Origin: Candidatus Tayloriibacteriota bacterium
GTDB taxonomy: Bacteria; Patescibacteriota; Minisyncoccia; Phycocordibacterales; CAIRYW01
DNA: 64,000 nt
Assembly (NCBI GenBank): GCA_029288615.1
Contig: JARIGV010000003.1
Span: 1,068-65,067, forward strand
Direction: 5' to 3'
Shown: positions 27,668 through 37,229 of the stretch, piece after piece
Layout of the letters: the number at the start of each line of letters is the position of its first letter
How positions within the stretch are numbered: the stretch's first letter is position 1
Program-made: the position numbers and the translations under genes
The notes under the pieces: model-generated
Seen by the model: only the letters and a program-made list of their open reading frames with translations
What the model was told of the DNA's origin: nothing
Database searches by the model: none

Positions 27668-29320
27668 TTAAAGAAAGAGTTTTGCAAGTCTTATTTCAAA
27701 GAATGAAAAATTCGGACCAAGTATTGTTTTTACAGGTGAAAGTCTTCCTTCTTTATCTTTTGCTAAAGATTTTTTCCATGCTTCCGAGATTTTCTTAAAG
27801 CGAGTCGGTGGCAAATAAATATTCTTAAGGTAGAGAATGTCTATTTTTTCTCCTTCTTCAGTAAGCTTTTCAATATGTGAAAGCACTGTTTCTTTTGTAA
27901 GACCTCTCTCTTCAGCAATTTTCTCAAGTGATTTTTTCTCTTCGATGAGCTTCCATGTCTTATGATGTGTCGGCACTTCTTTTTCCTTTTTCACTTTCCC
28001 TAAAGAATTTTTAGAGACAAATTCTTCCTGCATTTTATCTATTTCTTTCTTTCCAGTTTCTTCAAGCCAACTTTCTGATTTCCCCGATTCTTTTCTAAAT
28101 GTTCGGTCCATGTCATGCGCTTCAGGATGGACAAGAAGAGCTGTCTTATTAAAACCCTTGAGTGAAAGCCCTTCAAGACGTCTCACACGTGAAAGCGCCA
28201 CATATCCCATGCCTGGTGTAAAAGAGCGAGAGAGGTCAATCCGTGCCGCATCAAGGCTCATTCCTTGGCTTTTGTGTATTGTAATTGCCCACGCCAAACG
28301 AAGCGGAATCTGTCTTATTTCCGCTCGGATTTTTCCATCTTCTTCAATTCTCCAGCTTTCTGGCACAACCGTAATTTTTCGAGAGTCTAAAGTTTTTACG
28401 ATTGGATTTCCGATATCATCAAAATCTACCACCTCACCAAGTGTTCCGTTCGAATACCCCTTATCAAAAGAATTTTTAACAAACATCACTTTCGCTCCAT
28501 ATTTAAGGAAAAGTCTTTCCGGTGCGAGACAGCTTTTTATAAGAGCCTCAACGAGTCGTGCATTCCCTTTTCTATCCATTTCATACACTTTTTCTCTGCC
28601 TCCAATTTTCGAAAGCTCTGTTTCGTTGAGTTCATCGACATTTATATTGTGTGTCGAAAGTTCTGTTGCAAAAGGTACAGCAAGCTCTTTTCCAACTCGC
28701 TCTTTAAGATGCGAAATAATTTCTTCAGTTACAGAATTTTCACGGATCGCATTAAGAACAGAAAGAAACACCGCATCATCTTGTCGATGAGATTCAGTAA
28801 GATAACAAATTCTAAAATTCATATCCTTCCAGATCTTTGATCTGTATGCGAAATGTCCTTCAGTTTCTCCCGGACGTGAGATCGGCGGGAGCTGGAAGAA
28901 ATCTCCACAGAGTACCACCTGAAGTCCGCCGAAAGGTTTATCGTTTCTTTTGAAGAATTTGCAAAGAGTGTCGAGAAGATCGAAACGAAAATGATGAAGC
29001 ATCGAGATCTCATCAATAATAAGCACTCTCGCCTCTTCATATCTTTTCCAAAGATGTTTTTTTGTCTCAAGATCATCGAGATCTCGTTCTGAAAGCGAGT
29101 CTTTGATGCCAAGCCCGCTCCATGCATGAATCGTCACGCCGCCAAGATGCGTCGCAGCAATCCCCGTCGATGCAGTCACCGCAACAGGAATTCCTTTTTC
29201 TTCCAAGTACGAAATATAAGCTCGAAGTGTGTGCGTCTTACCGCTTCCCGCCGCTCCTGTAAGAAAAACATTCTTTCCAGTCTTTAAAATTGTTAGTGCA
29301 TCAGCGCTTGTCATTGGCAA
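27668..29320 (-). CDS. PIF1-family SF1B DNA helicase with C-terminal helix-turn-helix extension
   Basis: Walker A GAAGSGKTH, LIIDEISML, Pif1 signature GDFFQLPPI, TIHKSQG, ALSRV; C-terminal about 120 aa (helicase-associated HTH-like). 550 aa. Confidence 0.75.
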   Translation of the reverse strand: MPMTSADALTILKTGKNVFLTGAAGSGKTHTLRAYISYLEEKGIPVAVTASTGIAATHLGGVTIHAWSGLGIKDSLSERDLDDLETKKHLWKRYEEARVLIIDEISMLHHFRFDLLDTLCKFFKRNDKPFGGLQVVLCGDFFQLPPISRPGETEGHFAYRSKIWKDMNFRICYLTESHRQDDAVFLSVLNAIRENSVTEEIISHLKERVGKELAVPFATELSTHNINVDELNETELSKIGGREKVYEMDRKGNARLVEALIKSCLAPERLFLKYGAKVMFVKNSFDKGYSNGTLGEVVDFDDIGNPIVKTLDSRKITVVPESWRIEEDGKIRAEIRQIPLRLAWAITIHKSQGMSLDAARIDLSRSFTPGMGYVALSRVRRLEGLSLKGFNKTALLVHPEAHDMDRTFRKESGKSESWLEETGKKEIDKMQEEFVSKNSLGKVKKEKEVPTHHKTWKLIEEKKSLEKIAEERGLTKETVLSHIEKLTEEGEKIDILYLKNIYLPPTRFKKISEAWKKSLAKDKEGRLSPVKTILGPNFSFFEIRLAKLFL

Positions 29321-29417
29321 AAGTATAGCTTTTTTTGTAATAGAAAATCTACTCGGGTTTAATTGACAATGCTCAGAAAAAGTTTAGATTTGTCACAGCG
29401 CAGCCATTTCCATCACT

Positions 29418-29777
29418 ATGTCTGAAATTAACGATCAAACTCCGACCAGCGACCTCATTGATAGATTTGTGAGGAACATCCTCTACGATTGTCATTCAGT
29501 TGAGCGCCGTGTAAATTTCTCCGACGCAAGAAAGGAACTGCAGCGTCGTGGCAGAGTTGTACTGAAAGAAATTGCCGAATATCTCACGAAGACTTTCTCC
29601 GGGAAGGGATTTCGGGAATTTCAGGGATTGGATGAGGACCTCTTCTTGGCCTGGGGCTACCTCCTCTTTGGCATCGCAAGAGACCACAATCTACAGAATC
29701 CTTATCCGAATGTAGTTTTTGGCGATCAGAACATGGGTACGTGGACCCAATTCTGCCTTAGCAACGCAGAAAATTAA
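29418..29777 (+). CDS. Hypothetical protein
   Basis: 119-aa ORF, somewhat elevated GC, no motifs recognised. Confidence 0.3.
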   Translation: MSEINDQTPTSDLIDRFVRNILYDCHSVERRVNFSDARKELQRRGRVVLKEIAEYLTKTFSGKGFREFQGLDEDLFLAWGYLLFGIARDHNLQNPYPNVVFGDQNMGTWTQFCLSNAEN

Positions 29778-29812
29778 TCGCTCATAATGAGCGAATTTTT
29801 TATTTTTGAAAA

Positions 29813-30148
29813 CTAGATTCTTCCAGCGTCATCAACAGGCCGTTTTGGATACTCAGGAATTCCCTCTGCGGCACGAGAAAGCATTGCTTTGTGACTGTCG
29901 AGCTCGGCGCGAAGTGCGTCATTATCTTTCATCAAATTTTTCTTTATTCGATAGTTTTTGAAAACTTCCGGAAGTGACACAAGAATACTAATAAGTACAC
30001 CAGAGACCATTGAGAGAAGAAGGATGAGCGCGAGAGAGCCTTCTACATGCCATGTTATAAATGTAACTGTGATATCGCTAGTATTCTGAAGAGCAAAAAC
30101 GACACTAACTGCACCTAAAAGAAGGCCGAGGACAAGAAATGTGAGCAT
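29813..30148 (-). CDS. LapA/DUF1049-domain membrane protein
   Basis: Two N-terminal TM helices followed by ...NDALRAELDSHKAMLSRA..., typical of LapA-domain proteins. Confidence 0.5.
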   Translation of the reverse strand: MLTFLVLGLLLGAVSVVFALQNTSDITVTFITWHVEGSLALILLLSMVSGVLISILVSLPEVFKNYRIKKNLMKDNDALRAELDSHKAMLSRAAEGIPEYPKRPVDDAGRI

Positions 30149-30153
30149 TTGTA

Positions 30154-30495
30154 TTAATTATTAGACTCTTTTCGGTGTAAACCAAAAAGAGCATTGATAA
30201 AGAAAAGAAGAATCGAGAACAAAAGAGCGTTCCAAAATCCCGACACAGAAAACCCTGGCACAATCATCGCGAGAAGTTCAACGATGAGTGCGTTCACAAC
30301 AAGTGAGAAAAGGCCGAGTGTCAAAATATTGAGCGGAAGCGTCAACAAGAATATGAGCGGCTTTATGAAGGCATTCACAAGCCCAAGAACCACAGCAAGC
30401 ACAAGTGCGCCGATAATTGTCACCGAAACTCCCGGTATCAAATACGCTGCGACTCCGATAGCTATAGCACTTACGATCCAATGCTCGATTTTCAT
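30154..30495 (-). CDS. Phage-holin-family-4 (YvlD-like) membrane protein
   Basis: 113 aa, three hydrophobic helices ...GALVLAVVLGLVNAFIKPLIFLLTLPLNILTLGLFSLVVNALIVELLA..., characteristic of this family. Confidence 0.55.
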   Translation of the reverse strand: MKIEHWIVSAIAIGVAAYLIPGVSVTIIGALVLAVVLGLVNAFIKPLIFLLTLPLNILTLGLFSLVVNALIVELLAMIVPGFSVSGFWNALLFSILLFFINALFGLHRKESNN

Positions 30496-30548
30496 AATAC
30501 ATGTATAATATCACATACATATAGTGGCAAAATAAAGATATAAACAGT

Positions 30549-31148
30549 ATGAACGCTCTCGTCCTCATCATTCAAAAATACCGATATCTTGCCCTCTTCC
30601 CACTCGCAGCTTTCGAAGGCCCAATTATTTCTTTGGTCGTGGGTTTTCTTATTCATTCTGGATATCTCGCAATTCTTCCTTCATATGCAATGCTCGTTTT
30701 GGGCGATATCATTCCCGATACTATCTATTATTATGTCGGCCGCTTCGGTGAAGAAAAAAATCTTATTTCAAAATACGCATCCAAAGAAGGTTTTATCGCG
30801 AACAACTTTCCACTTGTAGAAAAACTCTGGGAAAAACATGGATTTAAAACAATGTTTCTTTCAAAGATTGCATACGGCCTCTCAACAATTTTCCTCGTAA
30901 GCGCAGGCCTTGTAAAAATGCCGCTTAAAAGATTTCTTACATACACAATCCCGATCACACTTTTTCAATACGGCGTTATCATGACCATTGGATATTACCT
31001 CGGCCAGTCTTACGAAGCAGCTTCAAAATATATTGAGTACACAGGATATTTTGCAGCAGGTATTGTTGTAATCCTTATCGTTGTTTATATAATCCTCTCA
31101 AAATACGCCCGTAAGAAACTCATAGAGGAAGTAAAAGAAGATAAATAG
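30549..31148 (+). CDS. DedA/VTT-family membrane protein
   Basis: N-terminal motif ...FPLAAFEGPIISLVVGFLIHSGYL... matches the DedA family; 199 aa. Confidence 0.6.
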   Translation: MNALVLIIQKYRYLALFPLAAFEGPIISLVVGFLIHSGYLAILPSYAMLVLGDIIPDTIYYYVGRFGEEKNLISKYASKEGFIANNFPLVEKLWEKHGFKTMFLSKIAYGLSTIFLVSAGLVKMPLKRFLTYTIPITLFQYGVIMTIGYYLGQSYEAASKYIEYTGYFAAGIVVILIVVYIILSKYARKKLIEEVKEDK

Positions 31149-31152
31149 CCGC

Positions 31153-32334
31153 ATGAAAATAGCATATTTTTCCGACAATTTTTATCCAGAACTTTCAGGA
31201 ATTTCCGATTCAATTATCACAACGGGTATAGAGCTTTCAAAACGCGGACACGAGATACATTTTTTTGCACCTTCCTACAGCGAAAAAAATTATCACTCTT
31301 CAGGACTTTCAGATCAGAGCGAACCACACCTCGGTGAAAATATTTTTATTCATCGTCTTCCTTCAATTCCCTTTCCAGCACCCACAGGCGCAGGCCGCCT
31401 CGCTATACCAGATATTTTTCGAGGATTTGATGTAGAGAAATTTGATATCGTTCATAGTCAAAGCATTTTTGGATGCGGCCTTGATGCACTTATCACATCT
31501 AAAATTTCAAAGACTCCTTTCGTTGGTACAAATCACACACTCATTGAAGCATTTGTTCCAAAATACACCATCGTTCAAAACACGATGCGAAGTTTTGAGA
31601 CATGGTATTACAATCACACAAACTTCGTCACGACACCTTCAGAATTTCTCATAGAAGAAATGCAAAAAAATGGACTTATCGTGAAAGCGAAACCTCTTTC
31701 AAACCCTATCGCTTCTGAATTCTTTCACGCACCCGCTTCAAAAGAAGATCTCAAGAAAAAACTTGGACTTCGCAAGTTTTCCATTCTCTACGCCGGTCGC
31801 ATTTCGCCTGAGAAAAACATCATGGATCTTTTTAATGCTTTTGTGATTTTTGCAAAAGAAAATACTGAAGCTGAACTCATTCTCGCAGGAAACGGAATAC
31901 TACTTCCCTCACTTAAACAAAAAACAAAAGAATTAGGGCTCGAAAATAAAATTCGATTTACCGGACTTTTCCAAGGGGAGAATAAAAAAACTCTCTATGA
32001 ATATTTTCACGCTTCTGATGTCTTTGTCATGCCCTCAACCTCCGAAACGCAAAGCATGGGAGTAATTCAAGCTATGGCTTCAGCCCTCCCTGTCATAGTT
32101 GCAAACTCAGGCCCGCTCCCTACCCTTGTCGCCGAAGATCGTGGCCTTGTATGTGAACCAAATAATCCAGCCAGTCTCGCAGTGACACTCAAAAATATAT
32201 CTGAAGATAAAACACTTCAAGAAAAATTCTCGGTGAATGGCAAAAAATATGCAGAAGAATATTCTGTTTCCAAAATCGCAGATGAATGGGAAAAAATTTA
32301 TAAGGAAACAATAGAAAAATATGCACGAGCCTAA
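31153..32334 (+). CDS. Glycosyltransferase family 4 (GT-B)
   Basis: 393 aa, C-terminal GT4 motifs (...GRISPEKNI... EGFGLV-like ...SETQSMGVIQAMASALPVI...). Confidence 0.75.
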   Translation: MKIAYFSDNFYPELSGISDSIITTGIELSKRGHEIHFFAPSYSEKNYHSSGLSDQSEPHLGENIFIHRLPSIPFPAPTGAGRLAIPDIFRGFDVEKFDIVHSQSIFGCGLDALITSKISKTPFVGTNHTLIEAFVPKYTIVQNTMRSFETWYYNHTNFVTTPSEFLIEEMQKNGLIVKAKPLSNPIASEFFHAPASKEDLKKKLGLRKFSILYAGRISPEKNIMDLFNAFVIFAKENTEAELILAGNGILLPSLKQKTKELGLENKIRFTGLFQGENKKTLYEYFHASDVFVMPSTSETQSMGVIQAMASALPVIVANSGPLPTLVAEDRGLVCEPNNPASLAVTLKNISEDKTLQEKFSVNGKKYAEEYSVSKIADEWEKIYKETIEKYARA

Positions 32335-33043
32335 GATAAGTCTTATCATCTGCGCTTACAACGAAGAGAAATATATTGGAAGCTGTTTGGAGCATGTTCA
32401 AAAAAACGCTCATGATAATTTTTTTGAAATAATCGTTGTTGATAATGCATCAACAGATACAACAAAAGAAATCGCTTCAAGGTTTCATAATGTACGAGTA
32501 GTGGAAGAAATACAAAAGGGTCTTACAAGAGCACGCCAACGTGGTTTTCTTGAAGCAAAAGGAGATGTTTTGGCATATATTGATGCAGATACACAAATGC
32601 CTACTGGCTGGTACGAGAGAGTTTCATATGAATTTAAAGAAAATCCTAAACTTGCTGCTCTTTCAGGCCCTGCACTCTACTACGATATTCCTGCATGGCA
32701 GAGATTCCTTGTTTTGGTTTACTGGTATCTTTTTGGAATGCCTGTCTATTTTGTCGTTGGTTTTATGATCATGGGCTCGAATTTTGCCATTCGAAAAGAT
32801 GTACTACAAAAGATGAATGGTTTTGATACAAAAATTGAATTTTATGGAGAAGATACAAACGTCGCGAGACGTGCGAGCAAATTTGGTAAAGTAAAATTCA
32901 CACCAAAACTTAAAATGTACTTTTCTGGTCGCAGACTTCACAATCAAGGACTCTTAAATACCGGCTACGAATATGTAAAAAATTTCCTCTCCGAAGCATT
33001 TCTTAAAAAACCTGTGACTACACATTATAAAGATTTCAGATAG
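32321..33043 (+). CDS. Glycosyltransferase family 2 (GT-A)
   Basis: ISLIICAYNEEKYI...VVDNASTDTT...AYIDADT (DXD). Overlaps the GT4 gene by 14 nt. Confidence 0.75.
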   Translation: MHEPKISLIICAYNEEKYIGSCLEHVQKNAHDNFFEIIVVDNASTDTTKEIASRFHNVRVVEEIQKGLTRARQRGFLEAKGDVLAYIDADTQMPTGWYERVSYEFKENPKLAALSGPALYYDIPAWQRFLVLVYWYLFGMPVYFVVGFMIMGSNFAIRKDVLQKMNGFDTKIEFYGEDTNVARRASKFGKVKFTPKLKMYFSGRRLHNQGLLNTGYEYVKNFLSEAFLKKPVTTHYKDFR

Positions 33044-33052
33044 AATAATGTT

Positions 33053-33706
33053 ATGAAATCCGCGGCCATTAGATGCAAAGACTGCTTCAGCAATAAGAGA
33101 TTTTTGATCTCGTTTATTTCGGGCATTGTCATGCTTGTTGTAAGCTGCGTCATCAACTATTACGCTGGCACATACGCAGCCGAGAGAGCAAGTAACTACG
33201 TCAACGACATAGTTCTCTCCAATATTCCTGTCTTTGATGTTGATGCGGTTTTTGTATTCGGCCCATTTGTACTGTGGCTTATTGTTGCAGTGCTCTGTCT
33301 TCACGAACCTAAACGCATTCCATTCGTTCTCAAAAGCATCGCACTCTTTGTGGTCATTCGTTCGATCTTTATCACCCTCACTCATATTGGACCATTTCCA
33401 GACCACGACATTCTTGATCGAGGACAAACTCTGGTAAAAGATTTTACATTTGGAGCGGATCTTTTCTTTTCAGCTCACACAGGACTTCCTTACCTTATGG
33501 CTCTTGTATTTTGGGACAACACATTTCTCCGCCGATTTTTCACCATAACCGCAGTCTTCTTTGGTGTCATAGTTCTCATGGGACATCTTCACTACACAAT
33601 TGATGTTCTCTCAGCGTTCTTTATTACATACACAATTTACCACCTCGCGACGATCTTCTTCAAAAAAGACAAAACCCTCTTTGATGAGGGCTTGCCGCTT
33701 CCTTAA
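33053..33706 (+). CDS. PAP2-like (phosphatidic acid phosphatase type 2 superfamily-like) membrane protein (tentative)
   Basis: 5-6 TM; candidate PAP2 C-terminal motifs FSAHTG and GHLHYTIDVLSA. Confidence 0.35.
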   Translation: MKSAAIRCKDCFSNKRFLISFISGIVMLVVSCVINYYAGTYAAERASNYVNDIVLSNIPVFDVDAVFVFGPFVLWLIVAVLCLHEPKRIPFVLKSIALFVVIRSIFITLTHIGPFPDHDILDRGQTLVKDFTFGADLFFSAHTGLPYLMALVFWDNTFLRRFFTITAVFFGVIVLMGHLHYTIDVLSAFFITYTIYHLATIFFKKDKTLFDEGLPLP

Positions 33707-33708
33707 AT

Positions 33709-34104
33709 TTATTTTTTCTCTTCGAGATCAAGACAGACTGAGTTCATACAGTATCTTTTTCCTGTTTGCGTTGGTCCATCATCAAATACGTGACCTAGAT
33801 GTGATTCACAGCGAGCACAGACTACTTCTGTGCGCACCATTCCATGAGATTCATCTGTGATCTCTTTTACAGCACCGGGAAGAGCCTGGTCAAATGACGG
33901 CCAGCCAGTGCCGGAATCAAATTTTGCATCAGATGGGAAAAGTGGATTGCCACATGCTGCACATGTATACATTCCTTCTCTTTTTTCGTGGAGAAGTTTG
34001 CCTGAAAACGGCGCTTCTGTCCCTTTTTGTCGGAGCACCTGATACTGCTCTGGCGTGAGCTTACTCTTGAGCTCTTCTTCTGTTGGGATATTTTTGTCGT
34101 CCAT
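33709..34104 (-). CDS. msrB: Peptide-methionine (R)-S-oxide reductase
   Basis: Two CxxC zinc motifs and the catalytic RYCMNSVCL signature. Confidence 0.85.
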   Translation of the reverse strand: MDDKNIPTEEELKSKLTPEQYQVLRQKGTEAPFSGKLLHEKREGMYTCAACGNPLFPSDAKFDSGTGWPSFDQALPGAVKEITDESHGMVRTEVVCARCESHLGHVFDDGPTQTGKRYCMNSVCLDLEEKK

Positions 34105-34119
34105 ATTTTTGCTATTAAT

Positions 34120-34653
34120 TTATAAAGTATTTAGTAAATTCGCGAAATTCTTTTGTACTTTTTCAAGCTTCGGATTTATTACGACCTCGCAATACGGATT
34201 CCCTGGATGGGTTGCGAAATAATCATGATGATAATTTTCCGCTTCATAGAATTTCTCAAATGGCACCACCTCTGTCACCACTTTTTTCCCTTCTGTACTC
34301 GATGCATTGATATCAGCAATAAATTTCTCTGTCTCACTTTTCTGCGTCTCTGTCGTGTAAAAAATCACTGATCGATACTGCGTGCCCACATCATTTCCCT
34401 GTCTGTTTAAAGTCGTTGGGTCATGACTTCCAAAAAAGACAGTCAGAAGATCTGTATATTTTACGAGCGCAGGGTCATATTCAATATACACCACCTCCGC
34501 ATGTCCTGTTGTACCTGTACACACTTCATCGTATGTCGGATTTTCTTTTGTACCTCCAGAATATCCGGGCGATACTTTCAAAACACCTTTCATCATCTTA
34601 AATACTGCCTCAGTACACCAAAAACATCCTCCTCCAAAAATTGCTTTTTCCAT
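34120..34653 (-). CDS. msrA: Peptide-methionine (S)-S-oxide reductase
   Basis: GGGCFWCTEAVF active-site motif at the N-terminus. Confidence 0.85.
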   Translation of the reverse strand: MEKAIFGGGCFWCTEAVFKMMKGVLKVSPGYSGGTKENPTYDEVCTGTTGHAEVVYIEYDPALVKYTDLLTVFFGSHDPTTLNRQGNDVGTQYRSVIFYTTETQKSETEKFIADINASSTEGKKVVTEVVPFEKFYEAENYHHDYFATHPGNPYCEVVINPKLEKVQKNFANLLNTL

Positions 34654-34655
34654 AT

Positions 34656-35774
34656 TTATCCAAAAGTAAATGTAAATGCTTTTAATCCTGCTGGCGTTCG
34701 TATTTCGAGTACATGTTCGCCATAATCCATTCCCTTCACAATACTATAAAGTCTATTTTCTTTGATATTCACCTTTCCATTAATAACATCGTCTCCTGCA
34801 AAATTCTTATCGATTAGCTTTCCATCAAGATAAATCTGAACACTCACGCCCGTATCTGAACTCGCAACAAAATAGACGTTCTTTGCATTATATTTATACA
34901 CTATTTCGCCATCTCCTTGGCTTAAAGCGTACTCATTCTGTAGATCCCAGTGACCACCAAGATACGGAAAATTTAGCTCTGGCGATGTGTCATTTGCAAT
35001 ATATGAACCATCAACTCCTTTTTGATATTTACTTACATATTGATTTCTCTCAAGACCAAAATAAGTTTCTGGACTCGAAACTTTATCTTCATCCATTGTG
35101 ATAACGTTTTTTGGTGTAGAAATTGTAGTGTTAATCTGTGTCTTTTCACCAAGCACTTCTGCACGTTGTGTGAGAGCTTTTTGTATCGCAGCCTCGGTCT
35201 CATCATAATTCCCCTCACCAATTTGATCGTGCACCACGAAGCCATCGATATCGATAAGATACTCGCGCGGCCAATAGCTATTCTCATATGCATTCCATGT
35301 ACCATAATTGCTATCGAGCACGACTGGATATAAGATGCCATCTTTTTTTACAGCTGCTGCGACATTGTCGTAATTTTTCTCGAAATCAAATTCAGGAGTA
35401 TGCACACCGACAATTTCCAAACCTTGATCTTTATATTTCGCATACCAATTTTCAAGGTAAGGCAATGTACGAATACAATTAATACAACTATATGTCCAAA
35501 AATCGAGAAGGATTACTTTTTTTCCAATAAGACTTTTGAGAGTAAAAGGCTTTGAATTGATATATCCTTGTATATCTTGAAACTCTACTGCTCCAGGATA
35601 CTTATCTACCTTACTCGCAATACGCGCCGCTGTCTGTGAATCTGTCGGTGTGCTCGTCGTAGAAATATTTTCCCCGACAACATTATCACGCATCGGTTTT
35701 TTACTTTGGAGAAACCAAATTGCGCCAATGATCACAAGAAGAACAATAAGTAAGGTTATGTTTTTTCTATTCAT
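34656..35774 (-). CDS. Membrane-anchored thioredoxin-fold (TlpA/ResA-like) protein with approximately 190-aa C-terminal extension of unknown function
   Basis: TM anchor, redoxin domain with WTYSCINC (CxxC); the C-terminal half has no recognisable motif. Overlaps the ccdA stop by 8 nt. Confidence 0.65.
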   Translation of the reverse strand: MNRKNITLLIVLLVIIGAIWFLQSKKPMRDNVVGENISTTSTPTDSQTAARIASKVDKYPGAVEFQDIQGYINSKPFTLKSLIGKKVILLDFWTYSCINCIRTLPYLENWYAKYKDQGLEIVGVHTPEFDFEKNYDNVAAAVKKDGILYPVVLDSNYGTWNAYENSYWPREYLIDIDGFVVHDQIGEGNYDETEAAIQKALTQRAEVLGEKTQINTTISTPKNVITMDEDKVSSPETYFGLERNQYVSKYQKGVDGSYIANDTSPELNFPYLGGHWDLQNEYALSQGDGEIVYKYNAKNVYFVASSDTGVSVQIYLDGKLIDKNFAGDDVINGKVNIKENRLYSIVKGMDYGEHVLEIRTPAGLKAFTFTFG

Positions 35775-36552
35775 TTCCTTTATTTTCTAAGTTATTTTTC
35801 GCAGCAGTTGTTGCAAGATATGAGAGAAAGCCTGGAATGATCGGCAATATGCATGGGCTTAAAAATGAACCAAGTCCTGCAACAAAAGCGATAATGATGC
35901 TAATAAAATTAAGTGATGAGATCCGTCCACCGTACGACCAGCCGAATTTAAAGTTATCAAGAAATCCAGCAACACTCTGGAAGTTTGCTATAAGTGAAAG
36001 ATTTTCCGTGAAGACAAGAATACCGATAATGATAAGAAACACTCCGAAAATATATTCAATATATACAAGCCATTTTCCAAGTTTTTGTATTAAAGCGCTC
36101 GCGCGATCAACAAAAAGTCCAACAAGAAGAAATGGAATACCAATGCCGAGTGTGTAAGAAAAAAGAAGAAGAAATGCACTTGTTGGAGCTGATGCAGCAA
36201 GAGCAAGAATGGCCCCTAGGGCCGCCGAGACACATGGTGTCCAGCCAACAGCAAAAGCTGCACCGAAAGCAAATGAAGTAACAAAGTAAGATTTGAAGCG
36301 TCTTCTGACAGCGAATTTATGGTCGCGTTCAAGAAATGCTGGTGTAAAAAGACGAAGAAGAAAAAGGCCGAAAAGAATTATGACAATTCCTCCTACCCGC
36401 GAAAGCCACATCTGTACTTCAAACGATGAATGGAGAAGCAATGTTTGAAGAAGAATGCCCAGAAGCGAGAAAACGGATGAAAATCCGAGTACAAAGAAAA
36501 GGCTTGATAAAAATACATTCCAATCTCTTTTTGTTTTAAGTGTAGTATCCAT
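35767..36552 (-). CDS. ccdA: Cytochrome-c-biogenesis/thiol-disulfide transporter CcdA (DsbD beta-domain homologue)
   Basis: Two conserved Cys in TM helices (FLSPCILPIIPGF; GWTPCVSAALG); 6 TM. Confidence 0.75.
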   Translation of the reverse strand: MDTTLKTKRDWNVFLSSLFFVLGFSSVFSLLGILLQTLLLHSSFEVQMWLSRVGGIVIILFGLFLLRLFTPAFLERDHKFAVRRRFKSYFVTSFAFGAAFAVGWTPCVSAALGAILALAASAPTSAFLLLFSYTLGIGIPFLLVGLFVDRASALIQKLGKWLVYIEYIFGVFLIIIGILVFTENLSLIANFQSVAGFLDNFKFGWSYGGRISSLNFISIIIAFVAGLGSFLSPCILPIIPGFLSYLATTAAKNNLENKGNE

Positions 36553-36572
36553 GACAGTATTATAATACCACT

Positions 36573-37229
36573 ATGAAAACTAAGTATCTCATTTATATTC
36601 TCCCTGCTCTCATTGTTATTTTCTTTATTTTCGCGTTAGCAAACAATAAACATGAAACGATGCAAAATAGCATTACCGCCACTTCAGCTCCAGAAATAAA
36701 AGGAAGTACCGCGACTACTTCAGAAGCTTCCCTTTTTGTCATGCCGATCTCCGATGCAAAAGATCGTATTACCAAAAAACATTTTGGCATAAAAGTGTCT
36801 CCAGGAAACTCTCCCGTTTCGCCCGAGCGATTTACAGGCATTCATACAGGAGTCGACTTCGAAACATTTCCAAGCGAACAAGACACTGATGTGCCCGTGG
36901 TCGCAATTTGTCCCGGAAAACTCCTCGTAGCAGAATTTGGTTCTGGTTATGGTGGAATGATGGTAGAGTCATGCACACTTAATGGCTCACCAATTACAGT
37001 CGTCTACGGACATGTACGACTTTCAAGCATTAAAGCAAAAGTTGGAGATACAATTTCCGCTGGAGAATTTTTAGCGAACCTCGGCACAGGATATTCAAAA
37101 GAAACCGATGGTGAAAGAAAGCATCTCCACCTTGGAATTCACAAAGGCGCGAGCGTTAATACAAAAGGATATGTAGCAAATTATTCAGATCTTTCCGGAT
37201 GGATCGATTTTGAAAAATATCTTAATTAA
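36573..37229 (+). CDS. M23-family peptidoglycan metalloendopeptidase
   Basis: HTGVDF...VYGHV...HLHLGIH (HxxxD / HxH zinc motifs of M23). Confidence 0.75.
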   Translation: MKTKYLIYILPALIVIFFIFALANNKHETMQNSITATSAPEIKGSTATTSEASLFVMPISDAKDRITKKHFGIKVSPGNSPVSPERFTGIHTGVDFETFPSEQDTDVPVVAICPGKLLVAEFGSGYGGMMVESCTLNGSPITVVYGHVRLSSIKAKVGDTISAGEFLANLGTGYSKETDGERKHLHLGIHKGASVNTKGYVANYSDLSGWIDFEKYLN

